Source: Armatimonadota bacterium
Lineage (GTDB): Bacteria > Armatimonadota > SYMT01
Length of the DNA: 62,177 bases
Assembly (NCBI GenBank): GCA_046292385.1
Contig: JBKBRF010000027.1
Location: forward strand, 1 to 62,177
Reading direction: 5' to 3'
Both the position numbers and the translations under genes were made by a program. This document shows positions 1 through 10,684 of this stretch, one piece after another. The first letter of the stretch is position 1, and each line of letters opens with the position of its first letter. The notes under the pieces are model-generated. The model was given only the letters and a program-made list of their open reading frames with translations, did no database searches and had not been told where the DNA came from.

Positions 1-22
1 CGTGGGCCTGCAGGTAGCGCAT
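1..22 (-). CDS. 5' end of a gene running off the left edge (MRYLQAH...)
   Basis: Minus-strand ATG at 22-20, preceded by a perfect AAGGAGG Shine-Dalgarno (cctcctt at 29-35). Confidence 0.45.
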
Positions 23-93
23 CCCCGGCCTCCTTCGCGCAAGCGAGCGATGCGGCAAAACCTTCCTGCGCCACCAGCGGCGTAACTTTACAG

Positions 94-122
94 CGTGTGA
101 CACAAGCTACCGCACTCCAAAG
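94..122. repeat. REP-like element of the GCACTCCA family (caagctaccgcactccaaa)
   Basis: Shares the CAAGC..CGCACTCCA core with the inner repeats at 32135-32155 and 32209-32229; lies just downstream of the E2 stop. Confidence 0.45.
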
Positions 123-178
123 ACTGAATCGTTGTGGTAGATCCTCTTTGCGAGATTTCGGCTCCCCGACCCGCTTCC

Positions 179-1567
179 CTAAATGAGCAGCCGCGCCGGG
201 TTCTCCAGCAGCTCCTTGATCCGCGCCAGCGCCTGGGCGGCCGGGGCGCCGTCCATCGCGCGGTGGTCGAAGCTGAGGGTGAGAGTCATCATCGGGCGGA
301 CGGCGGGCGCGCCGTTCACGGCGACGATGCGGTCCTGGATGCTGCCGACGCCGAGGATGGCGACCTGCGGCGGGTTGATGATCGGGTCGAAGCTCTCTAC
401 CCCGTAGGCACCCAGGTTGGTGATCGTAAAGGTGCCGCCCGCGTAGGCGTCCGGCGGTAGCTGGCCGGTCCGCGCGCGCTTCGCCAGGTCCTGGATCGCC
501 ACGCTCAGCTCCGGCAGCGGGAGCGCATCGGCGGCGGGGACCACCGGCACGGTCAGCCCCTCGTCCAGCGCGACGGCGATGCCGAGGTTGACCGAGCCGT
601 GCACCCGGATCACGTCGTTCTCCAGGGTGCCGTTCAGGAGCGGGTAGGTGACCAGCGCGCTGCAGACGGCGGCGGCGATCAGGTCGGTGTAGGTGACCCG
701 GGCACCGCGCGCCTCCAGCTCCGGCTTGAGCTGACGGCGCAGCTCCGCGGCCGCGGTCATGTCGACCTCCGCCCGCAGCGGCACGTGGACCGCTCCCTGG
801 TAGCTCGCGGCCAGTCGGGAGGCGATCACCTTACGCATTCCCTGCAGCGGGATCTCTCGCGGCTCGATGGCGGGCCGGCGGCGGCGGGCGGCGGCGCCCC
901 GGACGTCCTCCGCTCGCACCCGGCCCCGGGGGCCGGAGCCGACGAGGTCTTCCAGGCTCACGCCCAGGTCGTCCGCCATCTTCGCGGCGAGCGGCGTCGC
1001 CAGGATCTCGGGCCGCGCGGCGGCCGACTCCAGGAAGGCCAGCACGTCTCGCTCCGCCACCATGCCTTCGAAGCCGGTGCCCTCCAGCTGGAGCGACTTC
1101 CAGTCGATGCCCGCTTCCGCGGCGGCTTCGCGCGCCCGGGGGGAGACGCTCGGGATCTCACCTGGGACTACCGGAGCGCTCGGGACGCTCGGGGCGTTCG
1201 GAATGCCAAGCGGTGCCGTGGGAGAGATCGACGGGACGGGCACGGCTTCCGCGGCTGCGCCCGGCGCGGCTTCGGCGGCGGGCGGGGCTCCGCCTGCCAG
1301 CTCGGCGACGAGCCCGGAGATGTCCTCGCCCGGCTGCCCGATGATGGCGATCGGCGCGCCCACCGGCACCACCGCGCCCTGGTCCGCCAGGAGCTTCAGG
1401 ATCGTGCCGGTGATCTGCGGCTCGACCTCCATGTTGATCTTGTCGGTCATCATCTCGACCATGCCTTCCCAGCTCTCCACGCGGTCCCCTTCGGATTTGA
1501 TCCAGCGGAGGATGGTCGCTTCGGTCATCGTCTGACCCATCTGCGGAAGGCGAAAGATCTCTGCCAT
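179..1567 (-). CDS. Dihydrolipoamide acyltransferase (E2 of a 2-oxoacid/acetoin dehydrogenase complex)
   Basis: N-terminal lipoyl domain (LPQMGQTMTE...MTDKINME), two E3-binding repeats (SPRAR, ATPLA...GSGPRGRV) and catalytic domain (GGTFTITNLG, PIINPPQVAIL, DHRAMDG). Confidence 0.95.
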   Translation of the reverse strand: MAEIFRLPQMGQTMTEATILRWIKSEGDRVESWEGMVEMMTDKINMEVEPQITGTILKLLADQGAVVPVGAPIAIIGQPGEDISGLVAELAGGAPPAAEAAPGAAAEAVPVPSISPTAPLGIPNAPSVPSAPVVPGEIPSVSPRAREAAAEAGIDWKSLQLEGTGFEGMVAERDVLAFLESAAARPEILATPLAAKMADDLGVSLEDLVGSGPRGRVRAEDVRGAAARRRRPAIEPREIPLQGMRKVIASRLAASYQGAVHVPLRAEVDMTAAAELRRQLKPELEARGARVTYTDLIAAAVCSALVTYPLLNGTLENDVIRVHGSVNLGIAVALDEGLTVPVVPAADALPLPELSVAIQDLAKRARTGQLPPDAYAGGTFTITNLGAYGVESFDPIINPPQVAILGVGSIQDRIVAVNGAPAVRPMMTLTLSFDHRAMDGAPAAQALARIKELLENPARLLI

Positions 1568-1696
1568 GGAACTCCTGCTCTTCTGGTTCGGTAGGGAGGC
1601 GCGGGCTCGGTCGAGCGGGCGTCGACGCGGAAGCTCGCCAAGGAGTGGTATCTCACCGGCCCCCGGTATGCCCAGACGGGTCCCCGGAGAAGCGGC

Positions 1697-2860
1697 TCAC
1701 TGGGGAGCGGGAGGCAGCTGGATCTTGTCGTCCAGCCCTTCCGCCCGGAGCAGGCGGACGAGCCGCGCGCGGGCGGAGGTATCGCCGGGCGCCCTAGCGA
1801 GGCGACCGCGCAACGCGGTGATCCGGCGGTCGGTCTCTTCGCACCGCCGCAGCCACTGCGCCGCCGCGCTCGCCCGCGCCCGCTCTCCGATCTCGCGGTA
1901 GGCGCGAATCAACGCCGCGCACGCCGCGCGGTCCCGGGGTGAGACCTGCACCGCCTGCTCCAGTGGGAGGATCGCATCCCGCGACCTCCCGCTGTTCAGC
2001 AGGAAGATCCCGTGATCCCGCCAGATGTAGGCGGTCTGCTCGGTCGGGCTGTAGGGATCGAATTCCGCGCGCCGGTAGGCGGTGTCGACCTCCTCCACCG
2101 GAGCGGTGCCGAGCATCTCCAACGCCTGGGCCCGGATGAGCCACGACTCACGGTCCGCGGGATTTCGCTCTAACGATCGACGCACTGCCTCCAGCGCGGC
2201 GGCGGGCTCCCGCGCGTCGAGGTGGAGCCTCGCGAGCTCGCGCTGATACCGGAACTCCTCCGGGCCGGTCTCGACCGCCAGCTCCAGCGCGCGCCGGGCC
2301 GCCGGAAGATCCCCGTCCCGGCGGTCGAGACGGCTGAGGAGCCACCAGCAGAGCGACGACTCCGGATACCGGCGGACGGTCGCGTTGACCAGGGAGCGTG
2401 CCCCCGGGGAGCCGGCCGCCACCTCGATCTCGGCCAGGTTCTCCAGGAGCTCCTGACTCCGGTCGCCCAGCGCGTACGCCCGCTGGAAGAATGGAAGCGC
2501 CTCCCGGTCCGCGGCCGCGCCGCGGTGGAGCTTGCCGACGTGCTGGAGCAGGCGCGTGTCCCCCGGGTTGAGGCGCAGTCCCTCGAGCGCCTGCGACATC
2601 CCGTCCGACCAGTCGCCCTGGAGGTAATGGGCGCGGCTCAGGTGATAGCGGAGCCGCGGGCAGGTGGGGTCCTCCTTGAGGAGCTCCTCCAGCCGCTCGA
2701 GCGGCTGCCGGGAGAGCCACCAGTCCTGCACCGGATCGCTGCGCCAGACGAGCAGCGCGGCCACCGCGAGCGCGAGGGCCGCCAGCAGCAGTCGCGCCGG
2801 GCGTCGGTGGAGCCCCGAGCCGGTGCGAGGCTCGGGGGATGTCAGGGCAGCGTCGGGCAT
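1697..2860 (-). CDS. Membrane-anchored tetratricopeptide repeat protein
   Basis: N-terminal hydrophobic helix followed by several TPR-like A/L helical repeats ending in P. Confidence 0.8.
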   Translation of the reverse strand: MPDAALTSPEPRTGSGLHRRPARLLLAALALAVAALLVWRSDPVQDWWLSRQPLERLEELLKEDPTCPRLRYHLSRAHYLQGDWSDGMSQALEGLRLNPGDTRLLQHVGKLHRGAAADREALPFFQRAYALGDRSQELLENLAEIEVAAGSPGARSLVNATVRRYPESSLCWWLLSRLDRRDGDLPAARRALELAVETGPEEFRYQRELARLHLDAREPAAALEAVRRSLERNPADRESWLIRAQALEMLGTAPVEEVDTAYRRAEFDPYSPTEQTAYIWRDHGIFLLNSGRSRDAILPLEQAVQVSPRDRAACAALIRAYREIGERARASAAAQWLRRCEETDRRITALRGRLARAPGDTSARARLVRLLRAEGLDDKIQLPPAPQ

Positions 2861-3064
2861 CGGCGGCTCCTCAGGAGACTGTGAACGCGTTCCCGATAGA
2901 GAGTGGTATTCAGTTCCGCAGAGACGGCCGGTCTCCTACGGGAATTCTATGAATGCTGAGGTTCATATCCGTCTCTTGTGAAAGAATGCACATGATTACG
3001 AGGGAAGGTTGTCCCGGCCCCTCACCCGCCCTATGCTGAGGGAGAGAGTTCCCGGCGGAAACCG

Positions 3065-4699
3065 ATGCCGAACCTGAAGATCGTGATCCCTATCGCACTC
3101 GCGGCCGCCGTCGCCGCGTTCGCGTGGACGCGCCTCCGGCCGGAGAGTGTATCCGTCGCGCGGGTGGAGACGGGACGTGTGGTGGAGGTGGTCTACGCGA
3201 CGGGGACCGTGCGTCCGGATACCGAGACCAAGCTGGCGGCAGAGGTTACCGGACGGATCGTGGCGCTGCTGGTCGACGAGGGGGACCGGGTCGCGCTGGG
3301 GCAGGCGGTAGCCCGGCTCGACGATACGGAAGCGAAGATTCGCCTGCGCGAGGCGGAGTATCGGGTGGAGACGGCGCGCGCGCGGCTGGAGCAGGCCGGC
3401 GCGCCGACCGATCCGCTGAACGTTCGCCAGGTGGAAGCGCAGGTGCGGGCGGCCCAGGCTCGCGCGCGCGCGGCGGCGGAGCGGACCGACGGCGCGCGCC
3501 GCCGGGTCGAGACGCTGCGCGACAGCGCGCGGGCGTCGGACTCGGCGGTGGAGAGCGCCGAGGCGAAGGCCCGGGCGATGCGCAGCTCGGCCCGCGCCGC
3601 GCGGCAGGAGGTCGACGTCGCGCAGGAGCGCGTGGATGCAGCCCGGGCGGAAGCGGCGCAGGCCGCCGCCTCGGCCGCGTCCGCTCGTGACCTGGCGCAG
3701 CGCTACGGCGAGCTGCTGCGCGAGGGCGCGATCTCCGAGCGGATGACCGTAGAGGCCCGCCGGGCAGCGGAGGCGGCGGAAGCCGCGACGCGGGCGGCAC
3801 GGAACCGGGTCAGCGCGGCGGTGCAGGGAGTGGAGTCGGCGCGGGCGAGCGCCGACGCGGCGGCAGCGCAGGCCGACGACGCCGACGCCGCGGTGCGGAC
3901 CGCCCGCGCGAACGCGGAAGCGGCCCGGGCGCAGGTGAGGGAAGCGGCGGAGACGATCTCGGAGCTGCAGCGCTCCTCCGAAGCGGCCGGCGACGACCTG
4001 GCGGCGGTCCGCAGCCAGCTCGCGCAGGCCCGGCGCGGCCCGCGCTCGGTCGACGTGGAGCCGCTGCGCACCGAAGTACGCACGGCCCAGGCGGCGGCGG
4101 CGCAGGCGCGGGAAGACCTGGCGAAGTACACCGTGCTCTCTCCGGTTACGGGCGTCGTCACCGAGCGACCGGTCGATCCCGGCGACTACGTGATCTCCGG
4201 GTCCCGCCTGTTCACGGTCGCCAACGAGCAGCGGATGTTCATCGAGGCGGAGGTCGACGAAGCGGACATCGCCGGCGTCCGGCGCGGCGCGGAGGCGCGG
4301 TTCCAGGTCGACGCGATCCCCGACCGCACCTACACCGGCCACGTGACCCGCATCGCGGACGCGGCGGACCGCACCACCAAGACGTACCGGGTGGAAGTGC
4401 GCGAGCTGAGCGCGACCGACGGCCTCCGGATCGGCATGACGGCGGACGTGAACATCCAGGGACGGGTCACGGAGCGCGCGCTCCTCCTTCCGGTGGCGGC
4501 ACTGCGGTCGGAGAACGGCGTCTCAGTCGTGTGGGTGGTCGATCCGTCCGGGCGGGCGCAGCGGAGAGAGGTACGGACCCAGGCGAAAGACGCGACTTCC
4601 GTGCAGGTGCTCTCCGGTCTCAGCGCGGGGGAGCGCGTGGTCCTGAACCCGCCGGACGGCCTGGAAGCGGGAGACCGGGTGGAGGTCCGGGAGCGGTGA
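3065..4699 (+). CDS. Efflux periplasmic adaptor (MacA/HlyD-type membrane fusion protein) with a long coiled coil
   Basis: TM helix, ATGTVRP, VDEGDRVALGQ, Ala-rich coiled coil, SPVTGVV, VDEADI, GLRIGMTA, GLSAGERVV. Confidence 0.9.
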   Translation: MPNLKIVIPIALAAAVAAFAWTRLRPESVSVARVETGRVVEVVYATGTVRPDTETKLAAEVTGRIVALLVDEGDRVALGQAVARLDDTEAKIRLREAEYRVETARARLEQAGAPTDPLNVRQVEAQVRAAQARARAAAERTDGARRRVETLRDSARASDSAVESAEAKARAMRSSARAARQEVDVAQERVDAARAEAAQAAASAASARDLAQRYGELLREGAISERMTVEARRAAEAAEAATRAARNRVSAAVQGVESARASADAAAAQADDADAAVRTARANAEAARAQVREAAETISELQRSSEAAGDDLAAVRSQLAQARRGPRSVDVEPLRTEVRTAQAAAAQAREDLAKYTVLSPVTGVVTERPVDPGDYVISGSRLFTVANEQRMFIEAEVDEADIAGVRRGAEARFQVDAIPDRTYTGHVTRIADAADRTTKTYRVEVRELSATDGLRIGMTADVNIQGRVTERALLLPVAALRSENGVSVVWVVDPSGRAQRREVRTQAKDATSVQVLSGLSAGERVVLNPPDGLEAGDRVEVRER

Positions 4700-5973
4700 G
4701 CGTCGTCGTCAGCATCGCCGTGCGGTACCTGGTGGCGCGGTTCCGGCAGAGCCTGCTCACCATCGGCGGCATCGCCGTGGGCGTGCTCGCGCTCACGGTG
4801 ATCCAGGCGCTGATGGGCGGCTTCCTGCGGGACTTCGTGCAGAAGCTGCTGATCGCCACTCCGCACGTCACCGTGCGGGACCGGCCGCTGGAGCCGCGAG
4901 ACCCCTCCGCGCCGACGCGAGACGCGCTGCGCCCGCTGAACGACCCGCTGCTGGTGCAGCTTCCGCGGCCCCCGGTGCCGGACGAGGAGAAGCCGATCCG
5001 CAGCGCGGAGACAGTGCAGGAGCGAATCCGGCAGGTGCCCGGGGTGGTGGCGACCACCCCCACCGTTTCCGGGCAAGTGATGGTTGGCTTCGGCGCGGTC
5101 TGGGAGCCGGTCTCCGTCAACGGCATCCTACCCAGCCGTCAGGACCGGGTGCTCAACTTCTCCTCCTACGTAAAGGAAGGCACCGCCGAGCCGCTGGAGC
5201 GCGACCTGAGCACCGCCGTGGTCGGCTGGTACCTGGCGGACCGCATGCGCCTCAAAGTCGGAGACCGCATCGTGGTCCGATCGGAGGAAGGGGAGCCGCT
5301 CCGCTTCCGGATCGTCGGCCTCTACCGCTCGCAGGTCTACGAGGTCGACAACGCCAGCATCTGGGTCAACCTGCGCCGCGCGCAGGCGCTGCTGGGGCTG
5401 GACGGCACCGTCAACCAGATCCAGGTGCGGGTGGCGGACTACAACGCGGCGGACGAGGTGGCGCGCCGGATCGAGTACGCCGTGGGGATGGAAGCGGAGA
5501 GCTGGATGGAAGCGAACCGCAACTACCTGAACCTCTTCTCGATGTTCACCGGGATCATGCTGCTCGTGAATAGCTTCACCATGGTGGTGGCGGGCTTCGG
5601 GATCGCGGGGAACCTGATCACCACCGTGGCGGAGAAGAGCTTCGACATCGGGGTGCTGAAGGCGATGGGGCTGCAGGCGCGGCAGCTCACGCTGGTCTTT
5701 CTGCTGCTCGCCGTGATGACGATGGCGATCGGCGTGGCGATCGGACTGACCGGCGCCTACTTCTCCATCGAGGCGATCGGCAAGATCCCGAGCGCGCAGC
5801 GGGCGCAGTTCGGCGCGGTGGTGGTGACCGACACCATGCCGGTGGTGAACGACTGGACGATCTACGCCATCTCCGGCGGCTTCGCGCTCGCGGTGAGCGT
5901 GCTGGCCGGGATCTCCCCCGCGCTCCGCGCCGCGCGCCTGGAGCCGCTCACCATCATCCGGGGGGCAGGATGA
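4696..5973 (+). CDS. ABC transporter permease (MacB/FtsX/LolE family)
   Basis: GTG start overlapping the upstream TGA; MacB-type periplasmic domain, EKSFDIGVLKAMG, PALRAARLEP. Confidence 0.9.
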   Translation: MSVVVSIAVRYLVARFRQSLLTIGGIAVGVLALTVIQALMGGFLRDFVQKLLIATPHVTVRDRPLEPRDPSAPTRDALRPLNDPLLVQLPRPPVPDEEKPIRSAETVQERIRQVPGVVATTPTVSGQVMVGFGAVWEPVSVNGILPSRQDRVLNFSSYVKEGTAEPLERDLSTAVVGWYLADRMRLKVGDRIVVRSEEGEPLRFRIVGLYRSQVYEVDNASIWVNLRRAQALLGLDGTVNQIQVRVADYNAADEVARRIEYAVGMEAESWMEANRNYLNLFSMFTGIMLLVNSFTMVVAGFGIAGNLITTVAEKSFDIGVLKAMGLQARQLTLVFLLLAVMTMAIGVAIGLTGAYFSIEAIGKIPSAQRAQFGAVVVTDTMPVVNDWTIYAISGGFALAVSVLAGISPALRAARLEPLTIIRGAG

Positions 5974-7232
5974 GGGGGCTCCGGTTCACGCTGCTGGTGG
6001 CGGTGCGGCACCTGGTGACCCGGCTGCGCTCGTCCGGGCTGATCCTGCTCGGTGTCAGCCTCGGCGTCTTCGTGAACACGGTAATGCAGTCGATGATGTT
6101 CGGCTTCCAGGGCGAGGCGATGCGCATCATCCTGACGATCAGCCCGAGCGTGCTGGTGCAGGGGCGGGAGCTCGGCGCCGAGCGGGAGGGGCGGCTCTAC
6201 GGGGGAGAGGCGGGGACTCTCTACGCGCAGACTCGCCTGCGGCCGGTCGACAAGGAGAAAGGCATCCTCAACTACCGCGAGCTCTCCCAGCGGATCGCCG
6301 CGATTCCGGAAGTGGTGGCGGTCGCTCCGATCGCCCAGGGTCGCAGCCTGCTCCGTTACGGGACCCGGGAGCGCGGGGTGAGCCTGATCGGCATCCAGGC
6401 GGACGACTACGAGCGGGTGGTGGAGTTCCGCTCCAAGATCGAGGCCGGCACGGTGGAGGACCTGGTGCGGCGGCGGCAGTCGGTCATCCTCGGTTACCTG
6501 CTGGCGGAAGAGCTGGGGATCCGCAGCGGGGACCGGATCCGGATGGAAGGGGCGGAGGGGCGCTTCGCGGACCTGCGCGTGGTCGCGTTCTTCCGGAGCG
6601 GGATCACCGCGATCGACCGCTCCTACTCCTTCGTGAACCTGCCGGTGGGCCAGCTCCTGCTCGATCTGCCGAACGCCGCCACCGACCTGGCGATCAAGAC
6701 GACCAGCAACGAGGTCTCCACGCCGGTAGCCCGCCGGATCGAGCACGTGACCGGGCTGGAGGCGCAGAGCTGGGACGAGCTGAACGCGAACTTCTACGCC
6801 ATCATGCGGCAGCAGAACTTCATCACGCTCGGCACCGTGGCGATGACGCTCCTGGTCGCCGGGTTCGGCATCGCGAACGGCCTGATCACCGCGGTGCTGG
6901 AAAAGCGGCGCGACATCGGCATCCTGCGCGCGCTCGGGGTGACCCGCGCCGGGATCGTCTCGATCTTCGCCTCGGAGGGGGTGCTGATCGCCATTGCGGG
7001 GACGATCGTCGGCCTGCTGCTTGCCGCGTGGGCGATCGCGGTGCTCGACGAGACCCCGCTCGCCGGTCGAGGCGGACTCTCCACCGCGGACACGTTCGTG
7101 ATGCTCCGGAATCCCTCGGTCTATCTCACCGCCTCCGGCTTCGCCCTCGTGGTGAGCCTGGTGGCGAGCCTCTTCCCTGCCTTCCGGGCCGCGCGGTACG
7201 ACCCGGTCGAGATCATCCGGACCTCCAAATGA
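5970..7232 (+). CDS. ABC transporter permease (MacB/FtsX/LolE family), second paralogue
   Basis: ATGA overlap; [27 protein letters not shown]. Confidence 0.9.
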   Translation: MRGLRFTLLVAVRHLVTRLRSSGLILLGVSLGVFVNTVMQSMMFGFQGEAMRIILTISPSVLVQGRELGAEREGRLYGGEAGTLYAQTRLRPVDKEKGILNYRELSQRIAAIPEVVAVAPIAQGRSLLRYGTRERGVSLIGIQADDYERVVEFRSKIEAGTVEDLVRRRQSVILGYLLAEELGIRSGDRIRMEGAEGRFADLRVVAFFRSGITAIDRSYSFVNLPVGQLLLDLPNAATDLAIKTTSNEVSTPVARRIEHVTGLEAQSWDELNANFYAIMRQQNFITLGTVAMTLLVAGFGIANGLITAVLEKRRDIGILRALGVTRAGIVSIFASEGVLIAIAGTIVGLLLAAWAIAVLDETPLAGRGGLSTADTFVMLRNPSVYLTASGFALVVSLVASLFPAFRAARYDPVEIIRTSK

Positions 7233-7954
7233 CCCCGACCACCCCGCAGCCGGCGCCGCCCACCGGCGACGACGTGGTGCTCGCCGCGCGCGACATCCGA
7301 AAGGTCTTCGAAGGACAGGTCACCCTGGAGGTGCTGAAGGGGATCACGCTCGATTTCCCGCGGGGCCAGTTCGCCTCGATCGTCGGGCCGAGCGGCTCCG
7401 GCAAGAGCACGCTGCTATACATCCTGGGGGCGCTCGACCGCGCCACGTCCGGCTCCGTCCGCATTGGGGGCCGGCTGGTGGAAGAGCTCTCGCAGTCGCA
7501 GCTCGCGTCGCTCCGGAACGAGGAGATCGGCTTCGTCTTCCAGTTCCACTTCCTGCTGCCGGAGTTCAGCGCCGTGGAGAACGTGATGATGCCGGCGTTG
7601 ATCGGCGGCGCGGAGCGGTCCCAGGTCGAGGTCCGCGCCCTGGAGCTGCTGGAGCGGGTGGGGCTGGCGCACCGGGCAAAGCAGCGGAGCACCAAGCTCT
7701 CCGGCGGGGAGCAGCAGCGCGTGGCGGTGGCGCGGGCGCTCATCAACCGGCCGCAGATCGTGCTCTGCGACGAGCCGACCGGCAACCTCGACACCCGCAA
7801 CAGCGGCGCGGTCTACCAGCTCCTGCGGGACCTGAATCTGGAGAACCGGCAGACGATCGTGGTGGTGACCCACGATCCGGAATTCGCCCGCAAGACCGAC
7901 CGGACCGTCTACATGGTCGACGGATTGGTCGAGCGGGATGAGCTGAACCCGTGA
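7229..7954 (+). CDS. ABC transporter ATP-binding protein (LolD/MacB-like)
   Basis: GPSGSGKST Walker [24 protein letters not shown] signature, [16 protein letters not shown] overlap. Confidence 0.95.
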   Translation: MTPTTPQPAPPTGDDVVLAARDIRKVFEGQVTLEVLKGITLDFPRGQFASIVGPSGSGKSTLLYILGALDRATSGSVRIGGRLVEELSQSQLASLRNEEIGFVFQFHFLLPEFSAVENVMMPALIGGAERSQVEVRALELLERVGLAHRAKQRSTKLSGGEQQRVAVARALINRPQIVLCDEPTGNLDTRNSGAVYQLLRDLNLENRQTIVVVTHDPEFARKTDRTVYMVDGLVERDELNP

Positions 7955-7996
7955 CCCAGTGCGGAATCGGCCTCCGATCCGGCGAACTGACCGGAG

Positions 7997-8845
7997 ATGC
8001 TGCTCAGACCTCGCTCGTACGCAGTCCTCATCACGGCGCTCCTTCTTCCCCCGCTCCTGATCGCCGGGGGCTGCCGCGGTCCTGAGAAGCTCGCGGGGAG
8101 GTCGCTCGCCGGCGCTTCCTGGCGCGGGCGAGATCTCCGCCGCGCGGACCTGACCGGTGCCGACCTGACGCGGGCAGACCTTTCCGGGGCCAGGCTGCAG
8201 GGGGCGAAGCTCTCCGGTGCGGTGCTGAACGGCGCCAACCTCTCCGGAGCCGATCTGACCGGAGCCGACCTCACCGGCGTCGAGCTAACCCGGGCCGACC
8301 TCGGCCGGGCGGAGCTCTCGCGGGCGGTGCTGCACCGCGCGCGGATGGGCGGCGCGCTGGCGGCCGGGGCGCGGATGCCGGGGATCGACGCGCGCGAGGC
8401 GGACCTTCGCGGCGCGGACCTGGCCGGCGCGGACCTGACCGGCGCGAACCTGGCGGGAGCGGAGCTGTCGCGCGCAACGCTGAACCGCGCGAAGCTGACG
8501 GGCGCCTCGCTGACGGCGGCCGATCTCCCCGGTGTGGAGCTCCGCGGGGCCGATCTGGAGAAGGCGGACCTGCTCCAGGCAGACCTTCGGGACGCCCATC
8601 TGGCCGGGGCGCGCCTCGCGGGCGCCACCCTGCGCGAGGCGGTGCTCCAGGGCGCGGACCTGCGGGGAGCCGACCTCTCCTCCGCCTTGCTCGTCGCCGC
8701 CGACCTCTCCGGGGCGGACCTTCGAGAGACCCGCCTGGAGCGGGCGATCCTCCGCGACAGCGTCTACGACTCCCGGACGCAGTGGCCGGCCGGGACTGAC
8801 CCGGTGGACCTGGGAGCGAGGCGCCGACTACCTGCCCGCCGCTGA
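7997..8845 (+). CDS. Pentapeptide repeat lipoprotein
   Basis: Lipobox-like IAGGC followed by dozens of A(D/N)LxG pentapeptide repeats. Confidence 0.9.
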   Translation: MLLRPRSYAVLITALLLPPLLIAGGCRGPEKLAGRSLAGASWRGRDLRRADLTGADLTRADLSGARLQGAKLSGAVLNGANLSGADLTGADLTGVELTRADLGRAELSRAVLHRARMGGALAAGARMPGIDAREADLRGADLAGADLTGANLAGAELSRATLNRAKLTGASLTAADLPGVELRGADLEKADLLQADLRDAHLAGARLAGATLREAVLQGADLRGADLSSALLVAADLSGADLRETRLERAILRDSVYDSRTQWPAGTDPVDLGARRRLPARR

Positions 8846-10561
8846 TCCCTCTCCGGCCAGGAGCGTGTGCGCCCGGTCCGCGGCGAGGGCATCCCACGCC
8901 TCCCGGGAGCCGTCCGGCCACCGGACCTCTACGCGGGCCTGCCCCGCCGTGCCCAGTCCTAAGGTGAGCGGAAGCTCGCTCTGCGAGCAGTAGCTGCCGC
9001 CGCTCCGTACTTCACGGAGCTGCACGCGATCTCCGGTGCGGACGGAGACCAACGCCCCGATGGCGGAGTGATTGGGCGCGCGTCCCTTCAGCTCCAGGCG
9101 CAGCCAGTGCGGTCCGGCCGTCCCCGAACCCTTCGGGAGCAGGTCATTCCGGAGCAGGTCCGGGGAGTCGGTCCAGTGGGTGACCAGAAGGTCTACGTCG
9201 CCATCGCGGTCGTAGTCGGCGGCGACGCAGCCGCGTCCCACCTTCCGTTCGAGGGCGCCGAGACCCGCGTCGACCGGTACGAATCCGCCGCGCCCGTCGT
9301 TCAGCAGGCAGAGCGGTGGGGCCACGAGCGCCTCCCGCGTGCGCGGATCCTCCGTGGCGCTGACGTGACCGTTCGCCACGAAGAGGTCCGGAAGTCCATC
9401 CAGGTCGAGATCATCCGAGGTGAGCCCGAAGCCGACGTACGGAGAGGTCGCCTGCACCAGGCCGCTTCGGGCGCTGCGGTCCTCGAAGGTGCCGTCGCCC
9501 CGGTTGCGGTAGAGCGCCAGGTACTCGTCGCTGAAGTTGGTGACGGCCAGATCGAGGTGACCGTCACCGTCGTAATCGAGCGTCGTTATCCCCATTCCAG
9601 CCTGCGGCTGCCCGCGGTCGTCAGTCGCCACGCCGCGCTCGCGCCCCTCCTCCGTAAAGCGGCCGCGGCCGTCGTTCACGAAGAGGAAGTTCGCCGTCAT
9701 GTCGTTGGCGACGTAGAGATCCTGGTCCCCGTCCCGGTCGAAGTCGGTCCAGATCACGCCCAGGCCCCGGCCCGGGGGCACCGCCAGTCCCGATGCGCGG
9801 GTGACGTCCGTGAAGGTGCCGTCGCCGTTGTTGCGGTAGAGCAGGTCCGGCAGCGGGGGGTAGACGACCGGCCGGCAGACCGAGCGGACGCGCCTTCCGC
9901 CGGAGGGCACGTCGCAAGGGCGGTCGGTCTCCGGCGACCAGCGGACGTACCGCGCGACGTACAGATCGAGATCGCCGTCCCCGTCCGCATCGCCAAAGGC
10001 GGCGCCGGCGCTGAATCCGCCCGCCGCCACCCCGGCGCGCTCCGTCACGTCCGTAAAGCTGCCGTCGCCCTCGTTGCGGTAGAGGCGGTTGCCGTCGAGA
10101 GTAGTCACATAGACGTCGAGCCGGCCGTCGCCGTCGAAGTCCCCCGCGCAGCAGCCGATGGCGTACCCGGGGCGCCCGAGGCCGGAGCGCGCCGTCTCGT
10201 CCACGAAGGTGCCGTCGCCGGTATTTCGAAAGTAGCGGCTCTCGAACGGCTCGGCATCTCTCGAGAGTGGGGCGCCGTTCAGCAGGTAGACGTCCGCCAG
10301 GCCGTCGCCCGACAGGTCGGCGAAGAGGCTGCCGCCGCCCATCACCTCCGGCAGGAAGAGCCTACCGGTGCCGCCGTCCTGGTGCCGGAACTCGACCTTC
10401 GCGGCGGAAGTGACCGCAGAGAGCCGCAGCGCCGGCGCACCGCTCGAATCCATGGGCCGGTCGCAGCCAGCGCCCAGGAGCAGGAGCGATCCGGCGAGTG
10501 CGGCCGCGCACCTAGCCCGGGGAGCGAGCAGTCCGATAGTAAAGCGACCATAGATGGCCAT
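8828..10561 (-). CDS. CRTAC1-family lipoprotein (FG-GAP/VCBS repeats + ASPIC/UnbV domain)
   Basis: LGAGC lipobox, repeated DxDGDGxLDL motifs, SGGSYCSQS...GLG...VRWPDG C-terminus. Confidence 0.9.
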   Translation of the reverse strand: MAIYGRFTIGLLAPRARCAAALAGSLLLLGAGCDRPMDSSGAPALRLSAVTSAAKVEFRHQDGGTGRLFLPEVMGGGSLFADLSGDGLADVYLLNGAPLSRDAEPFESRYFRNTGDGTFVDETARSGLGRPGYAIGCCAGDFDGDGRLDVYVTTLDGNRLYRNEGDGSFTDVTERAGVAAGGFSAGAAFGDADGDGDLDLYVARYVRWSPETDRPCDVPSGGRRVRSVCRPVVYPPLPDLLYRNNGDGTFTDVTRASGLAVPPGRGLGVIWTDFDRDGDQDLYVANDMTANFLFVNDGRGRFTEEGRERGVATDDRGQPQAGMGITTLDYDGDGHLDLAVTNFSDEYLALYRNRGDGTFEDRSARSGLVQATSPYVGFGLTSDDLDLDGLPDLFVANGHVSATEDPRTREALVAPPLCLLNDGRGGFVPVDAGLGALERKVGRGCVAADYDRDGDVDLLVTHWTDSPDLLRNDLLPKGSGTAGPHWLRLELKGRAPNHSAIGALVSVRTGDRVQLREVRSGGSYCSQSELPLTLGLGTAGQARVEVRWPDGSREAWDALAADRAHTLLAGEGSAAGR

Positions 10562-10684
10562 TAGTAATTACTTAGAAGGTTGGAGCAGGAGAACGGCAAA
10601 TCTTAATACGAGTTAATCACTGAGGTATCGGCCTGATCCCTCCCGCATCGGCGCGGAGGTGGAGGCAGCAAAGGAGCAACGTCG

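Noticed and set aside
7997..8845. Qnr/MfpA-like gyrase protection
   Set aside because: The protein has a lipoprotein signal and would be extracytoplasmic
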